From positions 1 to 64,000 of IMG/VR virus record IMGVR_UViG_3300017963_000257: a DNA stretch of 64,000 bases; one strand, given 5' to 3'. The stretch is from a virus. The translations under genes and the position numbers were made by a program. Numbering within the stretch: position 1 is the first letter of the stretch; each line of letters begins with the position of its first letter. Under the pieces are notes generated by a model. It was not told the DNA's origin. It did not search any database and worked only from the letters and a program-made list of their open reading frames with translations. Shown here in pieces: positions 30,900 to 40,400 of the stretch.

Positions 30900-31668
30900 C
30901 ATCGTATTGACGTCCCAACCGAATGTTGGCGACAAGATGGCCAGCCCACTTGATTATTTCAAGTTCCCAGTGCCTGCTGAAAAAATCGATACGTCCAGTG
31001 GCATGAGCTTCTTGAATGATCAGTTCATCATATACGGAGGCGGGGGCCTCATTCACCTTCCAGCGGCAGATTACAACGGAGGGGTGATGGAATACCTTGA
31101 GGACATTTGCACACTATCGCGCTGGATGGTGTCGTGGGGAGTTGGTCATAATATTCACCACATCCGGGAGATAGAGTACCCGAAATCATTTGTAACGAAG
31201 TTCGCACTTCATGGCGTGAGGGATATGTATCAGGCCCTGCCCTGGGTTCCCTGTGCCAGTTGCATGAGCCATTTATTTGATTGGGAGTATCCCATAACCA
31301 GGAAAATCATGGCTGCAGGCCACCATCTTGATTCCTATGAAAGCCTGGATGGCTTGCCAAAAATGGAGCATACCCAAGTAACGCCAGCCGAGGCCGTGAA
31401 GGAACTTGCGTCGGCAGAAACAGTCATAACCAACTCGTATCATGGCGCCTACTGGGCGGCCCTGCTTGGCAGAAAGGTGATTGTTTTCGATCCGATGTCG
31501 TCAAAGTTTTTTGCCATGCCATCCAGTATCGTCATTGCGTCACCGACTACGTGGATGACGAAGATTCCCCACGAAAACAAGATTTTGCTTGATCTATGCA
31601 GGAGAGTAAACACTGAATATTACAACAAGGTTTTAGGCTTTTTAGAGGAGGTAAAAAATGAAAGATAA
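30886..31668 (+). CDS. Polysaccharide pyruvyl-transferase-like protein
   Basis: NVGD, IYGGGG, GVRD and ITNSYHG motifs. Confidence 0.7.
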   Translation: MRVYNIVLTSQPNVGDKMASPLDYFKFPVPAEKIDTSSGMSFLNDQFIIYGGGGLIHLPAADYNGGVMEYLEDICTLSRWMVSWGVGHNIHHIREIEYPKSFVTKFALHGVRDMYQALPWVPCASCMSHLFDWEYPITRKIMAAGHHLDSYESLDGLPKMEHTQVTPAEAVKELASAETVITNSYHGAYWAALLGRKVIVFDPMSSKFFAMPSSIVIASPTTWMTKIPHENKILLDLCRRVNTEYYNKVLGFLEEVKNER

Positions 31669-32416
31669 ACTGATACTTGGATGCGGGATTGGAAGATGCG
31701 GGACTAGCTTTTTGTCCTACTTCATGTTTCTGAATCCACGTATTGCCGTATGGGACGGCCCCGGTATGGGGGAATTGTTCGAACGGATAAACAGGTCTCA
31801 GGGGAAGCTACTCCTTTCGGACCTTCATTCCGTGTGGGGCGATGAATATCAAGAGTCCACTCATGGCAACACATGGTACGGTGCCAGCCAGTTCGAAGCG
31901 TACTACAATAAACGGATCAAGGAGCGACGGGACGGGGATACATATTTCATATCCCACGTCATGGGGGAAAGATGGTATTCGGTTTATAGGGACAGCTTCG
32001 ACTGCGACCTCTTCGTGATCTATTGCGGCCGGGATATGGTCGAGCATTACCGGTCTTTCAAGAAATGGTACTACGTTGAGGGATGGAATGCGGAGGCCTA
32101 CCTGGATCGAATCAGGGGATCCCTGATTGAAATGGACAAAATCCTCAGTGCCGGCATCCCCGTAACGGCCATTAATGTGGCCGACTACACGTTGCCGGAT
32201 CTAAGGAAGAGAATGGGCAACGTCATGAAAAAGGTCGGCCTGTCTCTCAGTGCGGAGCAGACAAACTTCATGAGGTACAGAAGGAAGCTTGGTCCCTCGA
32301 AACCTGATGTCAATCACCAGGCCGACGATGAGCTTTTTTCCGAGTTGAAAAAGGTTAAGGACTTTGAGGTATTGAAGGCAAAATACGATGCTCTGAGGAC
32401 CAAATATGAAGCCTGA
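31658..32416 (+). CDS. Sulfotransferase-like protein
   Basis: GIGRCGTSFL resembles the PAPS-binding GxxRSGT loop; RD..S 3'-PB-like motif. Confidence 0.55.
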   Translation: MKDKLILGCGIGRCGTSFLSYFMFLNPRIAVWDGPGMGELFERINRSQGKLLLSDLHSVWGDEYQESTHGNTWYGASQFEAYYNKRIKERRDGDTYFISHVMGERWYSVYRDSFDCDLFVIYCGRDMVEHYRSFKKWYYVEGWNAEAYLDRIRGSLIEMDKILSAGIPVTAINVADYTLPDLRKRMGNVMKKVGLSLSAEQTNFMRYRRKLGPSKPDVNHQADDELFSELKKVKDFEVLKAKYDALRTKYEA

Positions 32417-33581
32417 CATTACATTGATCTTTCCGTCGAGCCCGTTTCTCTTGAATCAGGCGGTGTTCCCTCCGCTGGGAATACTGTACCTGTCGGCCTA
32501 TCTCAAGGCGCACGGCCTGTCCGTCCAGTGTCTTGATATGGGCCTTGGACATACACCAGACATGGCCGAGTCTGAAACAATAGGAATTTCGCTGACAACC
32601 CCGCAGAGATTCGAGGCGTTTAGGTTGGCGAAGCATTTCAAGAGTCAAGGGAAGAGAACTATTGCTGGTGGCCCTCACGCAACCCATATGGCATGGGAGT
32701 GTCATGAGAATGGGTTTGATTACGTCATTCCGGGCTACGCTGAAAGGCTGCTGACGGAGTTTCTTTCGGTTGATAGCACACCGATCGATGTTTACCCTGA
32801 CCGCTATGCGCTGCCCATAGGCGATTACCGCTACGAGATTGACGGTAAACCGGCTACACCGATCATGACGTCACGCGGATGTCCCTACCATTGCAGTTAT
32901 TGCGGGAAGATTAATAGCGAATTTTACCTTCAGAGCGCCGAAAGAACCGTTGCTGAGATCAACCAGATCTATGACAAATTCGGGTTTGAGGCCTTCATGA
33001 TTTATGACGACGTGTTCATTGCCAGCAAAAAGCGGTTGGCCAAGATGGTCAACATGATCGGGGATAGAAGATACACGTTCCGGTCGTTTGCCAGGAGCAA
33101 CCTTCTGGATGACAAGACGTGTTCGATGCTCAAAAAGCTGGGGATGGTAGAGGTCGGCATTGGGATTGAGAGTGGATCCGACGAGGTGCTGCAGCTTAAC
33201 ATGAAGGGAACGACGCGCAAGATGAATACGAGGGCCGTGGAGAGGCTCCACAGGCACGGAATCAGGGCCAAAGCCTTTCTGATTGTGGGTCTCCCAGGGG
33301 AAACCACGGAAACGATCACCGAAACCGCGGACTGGATCGAAGAGGCTCAACCCGATGATATTGACATTTCAGTATTTCAGCCGATGCCGGGCTCACGGAT
33401 ATTCGCAGAACCCGAGAAGTGGGGGATCCATTTTACGTACAATGGAAAACCAGGATGGTACAAGGGGACCCCCGGGATGTACGAAGCGAATGTGTATGTA
33501 GGCGATCTGACCGGAGAAGAGATTGTCCAGTGGAGGGACCTGCTGGAAAAAGAATTCAAGAAACCGGAGTTATTGAGATGA
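32406..33581 (+). CDS. B12-binding radical SAM protein (class B methylase-like)
   Basis: PPLGILYLSAYL, GGPHAT, SRGCPYHCSYC and GIESGS. Confidence 0.9.
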   Translation: MKPDITLIFPSSPFLLNQAVFPPLGILYLSAYLKAHGLSVQCLDMGLGHTPDMAESETIGISLTTPQRFEAFRLAKHFKSQGKRTIAGGPHATHMAWECHENGFDYVIPGYAERLLTEFLSVDSTPIDVYPDRYALPIGDYRYEIDGKPATPIMTSRGCPYHCSYCGKINSEFYLQSAERTVAEINQIYDKFGFEAFMIYDDVFIASKKRLAKMVNMIGDRRYTFRSFARSNLLDDKTCSMLKKLGMVEVGIGIESGSDEVLQLNMKGTTRKMNTRAVERLHRHGIRAKAFLIVGLPGETTETITETADWIEEAQPDDIDISVFQPMPGSRIFAEPEKWGIHFTYNGKPGWYKGTPGMYEANVYVGDLTGEEIVQWRDLLEKEFKKPELLR

Positions 33582-33770
33582 TAAGGTGGTTTTGTAATCA
33601 TTGTGGTCATGAAAATATCGAAAAGGGTGAAAGCCCTGCCAAAGATGCCGAGTGCAAGAATTGCCATCAACCGATAGGCGACGTAATGCGCGTGTTTTGG
33701 TGGTACAGGCCGAACGAACCTGATCCAAGGTTTACGACGGGTAACGTAAGTTATTTTCAGGAACGACAAA

Positions 33771-34163
33771 ATGCTGACCCTTTTTGTTGTTAAAAGTTGC
33801 GCTGACGAGAAAGATCCAGGTCCGACAGTGAGTTCATTCGATGGTCTGGTGAATGAAATCTATTTCGTTCCCAACATCCAGGCAATCAATGAACATACCG
33901 TGAAGAACGAATGGTACGCCGTGATTCATGACGATGAGCATATTGACGAACCGCTCATGGAAGGCCTCAAGGTCTTTATCAAAGAGAGCCCGGCCGATGC
34001 CTTGGTACTGCTGAAGAAGGACGGCGACGGTAAATATTCCAGGTGTCCGAGGTTGTTCAGGCGAAACGTAATAATCAGGAAGGATACCCTGTTGCCGGAT
34101 CAGGTAGGAGTAACTTTCGATACCGTATTGAATGGGTTTGTCCATGATAACAGTCACGTTTGA
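33771..34163 (+). CDS. Short or degenerate GT2-like protein
   Basis: WYAVIHDDE..PRLFRR. Confidence 0.4.
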   Translation: MLTLFVVKSCADEKDPGPTVSSFDGLVNEIYFVPNIQAINEHTVKNEWYAVIHDDEHIDEPLMEGLKVFIKESPADALVLLKKDGDGKYSRCPRLFRRNVIIRKDTLLPDQVGVTFDTVLNGFVHDNSHV

Positions 34164-34662
34164 CCAGAAAGATTTATCCAGGTGGCTGTCTGCTTTGATG
34201 AAAGTCGAAGCGTCTGCAAGGACCTTTGGCTTGGATGAAATGCAGAGACGGTGTGCCATAGACTATTACCAACTCGTGGTGAAGAATATTTTTAAGAGGC
34301 ACTTCCCGAGGCCGGCATATAGCAAGCGCTATCGGAGCTGGAAGTATGAGTATGGCTGGATGGGATACCCGTCCCCCTGGAGATTGAGGGGTGATTTGGT
34401 GAACAGCCTGAGGGCATTCAAGAACCCAAGGGGCGGTTGGATTGGCGGTGTACCATTTGGAGCAACTGACTCAGGCGGAAAATCGTGGTTCGGGAAAGGA
34501 CGCAAGGGCCCGGTAGCAGGTAGCAAGAAAATTGCAATGTACGGATCCGTTGAAGAGGCCAGGCGACCGATCTTTAAGCCTTCCGCCGAAGAATACGCTG
34601 GCGCTGGATGGAAAAAGAGAGGGCTGGAAGCGGTTGCCGAAATGAGAAAGGCTTGGAGGTGA
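34144..34662 (+). CDS. Neck/tail completion protein
   Basis: YSKRY..K, GDLVNSL and RPIF pattern; synteny. Confidence 0.55.
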   Translation: MITVTFDQKDLSRWLSALMKVEASARTFGLDEMQRRCAIDYYQLVVKNIFKRHFPRPAYSKRYRSWKYEYGWMGYPSPWRLRGDLVNSLRAFKNPRGGWIGGVPFGATDSGGKSWFGKGRKGPVAGSKKIAMYGSVEEARRPIFKPSAEEYAGAGWKKRGLEAVAEMRKAWR

Positions 34663-34663
34663 T

Positions 34664-34879
34664 ATGCAGGTACTTGAAATAGCCCCGAAGGACATCCACG
34701 TTACAATTGATCTGTCCGCTACTGAGGTAAGGGCATTGGAGATGGCCATAGGTAATGCCAAGATTGATTATGACGGGAAAGAGCACCCCGAAATGGTGGG
34801 GGCTGTTAAGGTCATAAAGGATTTTTTCAGCCTACTGAAAGAGGTGTCGGATGGATTACCTAAGCATCCAACAGCGTAA
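34664..34879 (+). CDS. Hypothetical protein
   Basis: RBS GGAGGTG. Confidence 0.55.
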   Translation: MQVLEIAPKDIHVTIDLSATEVRALEMAIGNAKIDYDGKEHPEMVGAVKVIKDFFSLLKEVSDGLPKHPTA

Positions 34880-35031
34880 GGCTGCCCTGGACGATCTTAT
34901 CTATCGGGAGGTCCGGCGTTTTGAAAAGGATACCGGTGAAGTCGTGTCAGAAGTTCGTGTGACCCATTTAGACAACAGGTGTACCAGCGTTTCTGTCCAC
35001 ACGCAATTATGGTCATTAGGAGAACAATATC

Positions 35032-35511
35032 GTGACAGATCTTGATGCTACTGCAAAAAAGGCGAACGTTAAGGATAGTTTGAAAAAGTATTTTGTTGAT
35101 AACCTTGAGACAACAGAAGGCCTGAACCTTACGTTCGATAAGTACCTCTCAACCCCGAAGGTGCAGGGGCATGAGGTTGATAGATGGGTGGGCTTGAGGT
35201 TTGGCAGCACAGAAATGAGTGTCATGGGGCATCAAATGCTCGATATTTATAACTGTACCAGGTCGGACGCGGAGGGATTCAAGCTGGCTCAGCAACGTGA
35301 CAAGATCTTTAAATATTTGACAGACAGTTCTCAGACAGACGGAATGGCCAGGATACCTTTTTACAGAAGCCGGGCGGATGGAAACTGGACGCTTTTGGCT
35401 GGAGGATTTGTTGTCCAGAAGCCTGTTATTGAATCTGACGAGATCGACGCGGACGATGGGACCAAATTTCAAATTTTGACAGTAACCCTAAGATTTTCAA
35501 GCAAGGTGTAA
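35032..35511 (+). CDS. Tail terminator-like protein
   Basis: Size, secondary-structure pattern, position before tail tube. Confidence 0.55.
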   Translation: MTDLDATAKKANVKDSLKKYFVDNLETTEGLNLTFDKYLSTPKVQGHEVDRWVGLRFGSTEMSVMGHQMLDIYNCTRSDAEGFKLAQQRDKIFKYLTDSSQTDGMARIPFYRSRADGNWTLLAGGFVVQKPVIESDEIDADDGTKFQILTVTLRFSSKV

Positions 35512-35514
35512 AAA

Positions 35515-35886
35515 ATGGGAGATGAAGAACAAAACTATTCAGTGATTGTTGTGAATTGCCAAAAGTGTGGACTCCCGCTTATCCAGCGGTTGCCGAACGG
35601 CTTGTGGAAATTCAAGTGGGGCATTGCCAAGCAGTTCAATTCGGACACGGGTAAGGTATCCGTAGATCCAGAGGCATGGGCCCCAATTGAGATGCTTATC
35701 AAGGGCAGTATCAGGATGAAGTGTTTTAGAAAAAAGTGTGCCCACTGGAACGATCTGTTTTTTATGCCAAACCCGAAAGACGGGATCACCGAGGGCATCG
35801 CAAAAGATGCGACTGCGATAAGTGTTTTGTCGGACAAAATTGCTAAGATAGCAAAGCAAATCGTCGATCAATCAGCGTTACGCTGA
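35515..35886 (+). CDS. Mu Com-like zinc-ribbon protein
   Basis: VNCQKCGLPL...IRMKCFRKKCAHWN. Confidence 0.55.
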   Translation: MGDEEQNYSVIVVNCQKCGLPLIQRLPNGLWKFKWGIAKQFNSDTGKVSVDPEAWAPIEMLIKGSIRMKCFRKKCAHWNDLFFMPNPKDGITEGIAKDATAISVLSDKIAKIAKQIVDQSALR

Positions 35887-35887
35887 C

Positions 35888-35940
35888 CCTTTCAATCGGT
35901 CTATCCGAAAAATAGCCTTTCAATCGGTCTATCCGAAAAA
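35888..35940. repeat. Perfect 25-bp tandem direct repeat
   Basis: cctttcaatcggtctatccgaaaaa at 35888 and 35916. Confidence 0.9.
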
Positions 35941-36004
35941 ACTCCGACAATATTTTTTCGAAGAAATCGTGTGTGGATTTTAATCCACAGAAAGGAGGTG
36001 CCAC

Positions 36005-36589
36005 ATGGCACGTTATGGACCGATTGCAACTGATACCAGCACTGTAGCCCTTGGCCTTGCCCAGGTCCGTGTTGGTAGCTCATCTGATTACATCACTTCT
36101 CCCGGGGCGGCCCTCAGCTCTACGGATTCCATTGGTTCCCTTGCGAATACCAAATTCACGGGGAATACCGACTGGTACAAGCTGGAGGGTGGATTCCCTC
36201 TGATCGAGGAATTTACGACCCCGATCCGAGAGGGCGCCATGCTTGAGTGCGCGTTCAGGGAAATCACACCTGAAAACCTGTCGATTGCCCACGGAATAGA
36301 CGTGAGCAGCGGGTCGTATGAGGTGCATTCCGGTGAAGTGGTGCTCGGTGGAAGAACCGCGCCCGAGTATGTTCGGATGGAGGCGGTTTACACGTACCCC
36401 AATGGGAGCAACACCATGACCATCATCTTCCCGAGGGCTCAGGTATCCGCGAATGTGGAGATCGACCTGCAGGCTGAAGATGCGGCCGCTGTTCCCATCA
36501 CCTTTGAATCCAAAAACGCTTCGAGCGATGTGTCTGGCGGAGACGCCGTTTGGGACGATAAACCCCTCGGTCATATCATCTGGGCGTAA
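36005..36589 (+). CDS. Major tail tube protein
   Basis: 194 aa beta-rich; EITPENL and TIIFPRAQV; RBS AAGGAGGTG; precedes chaperone and tape measure. Confidence 0.7.
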   Translation: MARYGPIATDTSTVALGLAQVRVGSSSDYITSPGAALSSTDSIGSLANTKFTGNTDWYKLEGGFPLIEEFTTPIREGAMLECAFREITPENLSIAHGIDVSSGSYEVHSGEVVLGGRTAPEYVRMEAVYTYPNGSNTMTIIFPRAQVSANVEIDLQAEDAAAVPITFESKNASSDVSGGDAVWDDKPLGHIIWA

Positions 36590-36597
36590 AACCAATC

Positions 36598-36620
36598 TGC
36601 GGGGCCTTAACCGGCCCCGC
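36598..36620 (+). terminator. GC hairpin after tail tube gene
   Basis: gcggggcc-ttaacc-ggccccgc; no U tract on the + strand. Confidence 0.4.
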
Positions 36621-36634
36621 TAGAAAAAAGGAGA

Positions 36635-37431
36635 ATGAAAATGTCGGAGCAAGAAAGATTAAATCCACAGGTTGCGGAAATCGATGTCGGTATCCGCAAC
36701 CTACGGAAAGTCAAAGTGTACCCGTTGTCCATGGCAGACGAAATGAAAATGACAAAGATGATCAGCGATTCCATAAAGGAACGGTTTGGTGGCGAAGTAG
36801 AAGCTGAAAATATCACAATGATTGAGATGGTTGACTTCATTCTCGATATGCTGAAGGAGAACTTGCCGAAAATCCTTACGCTATCAACAGATGAGGATGG
36901 CGATGACCTCATGGGCGAATTGTCCAACCTTCAGGCGGCTGAAATAGCAGAGAAAATTTATGAAACGAATTTTGAACAAGTAACAAAAAACTTCAAGAGC
37001 CTCTTCGGGAAAATCACGAGTCTATTTCTTTCGGGGAGGCCGTCACCGCCGTCTGTGAGCGATACGCCGGATACCGGCTCGACGACTTCTACAGAAAATC
37101 CTGGAGAGAAGGAGGCGCCACCCTCGGACAGCTGATTGCCATGTTTGAGCATTCGGAAAAGCGGCTTGGGGACATGATGAAATTTCAGGCGGCGATCCAT
37201 GGTGCTGAGATTAACGATGATGAGCTTTTCGACGGGGGCAGGACTACCGAATCCGAAACGGTCAAGCCAAGGAAGGACAAGGGAAGTGGCATATTCAAGT
37301 TTGGCGATCCCGCAGATTATGAGCATCTGCCGATGGAGGAGCGCGAAAGGTTAACGCAGCAGATGATGGGCCAGCACAAAAGATGGGAAAAGTATAAAAA
37401 GCCCATGGGGAGAGGGGTAGGAAATGGCTGA
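36635..37431 (+). CDS. Tail assembly chaperone G (36635-37135) and -1 frameshift product GT
   Basis: In-frame A AAA AAC at 36985-36991; -1 frame open into the 37141-37431 ORF. Confidence 0.75.
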
Positions 37432-40400
37432 TGACAGTATGTTGACTCTTGGGACGTTGTTTAAGGGTAAAATTGATTCTACCTTTATGACGGCAACTCG
37501 CCGGTTGAGCACTCTCATCACTGAGCTTAACAAATCTATGGCTGGCCTTACGAAAACGACGGGCATAACCACGTCTGCCATGAAATCCCTCGGCAGCGAA
37601 ACAACTTCCTACCAAAAAGTGATGGGCAATGCCGTTGAGGAACAGAGTAAATACCGTCAAGGGCTCGCCAGGATGACCGAGCTTTTCGGAAAACAGGGAA
37701 CGGCTCTCAAATTAGCGAAGCAAGCCACTGACAAGGCGGAAAAGAGCATCCAATCCCATGCGGCTGCAATTCGCAATAATAATGTCCTTGGCGAACGCGC
37801 CAATGTAATCGCCAACCTGTATGCCAAAAACGCGGACAGGGCTGCACTGGCCAACCTTCAAAGATTTGCTGCTGAAAATAAAGTTTCAAAGTCTGTCTCA
37901 AGCGTTTCAACTCAAACTGCCAATGCTACCATGGCAACCAAAAAAGCATCGACAGAGTACCAGGGTTTCAATAAGCAACTTTCAAGGATTCACGGTGGAC
38001 TTGAACGAGTTAAGGCCGCCTTTAAAGTCACTGCAAGTTACGGCATTGCTGCAACAGCAATTTATAGCGTGATAAGTGCTTTTAAGACCGGTGCTCAAGC
38101 CATTGTTGATTACGATCAATCACTGAAAAACCTTCAAGCAATTACTGGTGCCACTGACGCTGAAGTTCTTGCCATGGGGACCACCATAAAAAACGTAGCA
38201 AGGACAACTAAATTTTCAACATCAGAAGTTGCAGAGGGGATGGTTCTATTGGGCCAGGCAGGGTTTAACGCTGGCGAATCGATGAATGCCATGCAGGCAA
38301 CCGCCGATCTCGCAACCGGAACCTTGTCTGATATGAAACTTACCACAGACCTTCTCACGACAACCATTAGGGCGTTCAGCCTTAATACGATTGAGTCCGG
38401 GCGTGTTGCCGATGTCATGGCCAATGCCATTAATAAATCCAAGCTCACCATTGACAAGTTAAGAATATCTTTTAACTACATAGGCGCTACGGCTGCACAG
38501 GCTGGACTGGCACTTGAAGAAACGGCTGCGTCTATGATGGTATTAGCCAATAATGGCTTACGGGCAAGTACGATTGGTACTGGAATGAGGCAGGTGTTGT
38601 CACGGCTATTAAGCCCAAATAAGAAACTTCGTGAAGCATATGAATCCCATGGTATTGCATTAGATCAAATAAATCCCAAAACGGTTGGATATCAAACCGC
38701 CCTTAAAAACCTTGCCTCTATTCTCTTTAATACGGAGACAAAAAGCGTAAATATGACAAAAGCCTTTGAACTGTTCGGGCTTAGAGGCGCACAGGCCGCC
38801 GCCATTTTAGTAAAGGGGTTTATGTCAGGGGAATTCAACTCTGCCCTAAAAAATGTGTTTCAGGTTGGAACCGCCGCAAGCATGGCTGCTACACAGGCTG
38901 AAGGGTTAGGAGTTAAATTCAAGAACCTTGCAGATAGAGCCAAATTAGTCGCCGTTGAGTTTGGAGATGCAGGCGTAACTGGCATAATGAATACGTTTCT
39001 TGATGTACTCAAAGGTATCACTATTGGCTTGGAGACATTTGCGTCAAGCACGATAGGTGCTGTGATTGTAAAAGTTACATTACTGACGAGTGCTTTTGCT
39101 GCCCTTTCTGGAGTGTTTAAAATCTTAAGAAGTGCGATAGTAAGCCTTACGGTTGTTCGCATGGCTGTGTCCAATTTCGAACTTCTTACAACTGGTACGG
39201 CAGCGTTTACATCTGTTCTGACGGGGAAATTGATACCGGGAGTTGCTGGCCTTACCGGAGTAATTGGTAAATTGCGGGCGGCCCTTACTGTGCTGTGGGC
39301 TATGATAATGTCTCACCCAATTTTGGCATTAGTCGCAGGGGTTGCTACATTGCTTCTGGCCCTCAATGAGTGGATAGGCCAAAACGCAAAAATAGCCAAA
39401 CAGCTGGAGGTTCAATCTGTAGAACTTGGAAAAGCGTCAGAGAGTATAGGCCTTTATGCAAAGTCCTTGGCTGCGTTAGAAAAAGGTTCAGACGCATATA
39501 ACGCAACGCTTCAACGATTTATAAACGCTCATCCGGAAGCTACGAAAGAAATAATGCGAATGACGGGAGCTGTTGATCTTTCAACTCTATCCGTTGAGCA
39601 ACTTACGCGAGCAATGAAGGCTCTCGCAACTTCAAGGGCTTGGGATTCTTTTAAAAAAGCAGGCGAAGCTGTAGAGCAATTCAAAAAGTCGTTGGAGCGC
39701 GAAACATTTATGTGGTTTGCAAGGTGGCTTGTTGCGTCTGCCGAAACTGCATCTGAATTTGAAGCAAAACTAAGAGGCCTTAATGATGCCCAAATGCAAC
39801 AGATCCAATCCCTAAAACAACTTGTAACTCTCGGGGCAATAACCTTAGAGGATGCGCTAAAAAGGATTGATACCCTTGGATTGGAGGTGAATGCAGCAAA
39901 ACAAGCTAAAGAAGCGTTTAAGCAATATTTTGAGCAGATGAAGCTGTCATCTAAGGACGCTGCAGATGCCGTAAAAATATCATGGGAGGATCTTCCATCA
40001 AAGTTTAAGGAGCTTTACGATAAGCTTGATGCAGCAAGAAGATCGGATATGGTTAAGGCTATCGCAGGCATAAACAAGAAGATCGCAGCTCATAGAAAAA
40101 TGTGTAAGGACATGGGGCTTGGGTATGCAGATACGGAAGCTCAAATAGCTGCAATACGTGAAAAGGGTTACCAGAAATTTGTAGAAGACTTGGACAAGAA
40201 AACAAAGGAGGAAAAAAAGGCAGCCAAAGAGCGTGTAAAGAATGAAAAGTGGGTATGGGACCAGATCCATGAATTGGATGAAAAAAAGGAGGAACTCGAT
40301 AAGTCCAGGCGTCAAAGGTATATGAAGGATGACAAAAAGCTCAAAGACGATATTGTTGAAGCCGAGAAAGAGTTGAACGATGCGCTCGATGCCCTTGATA

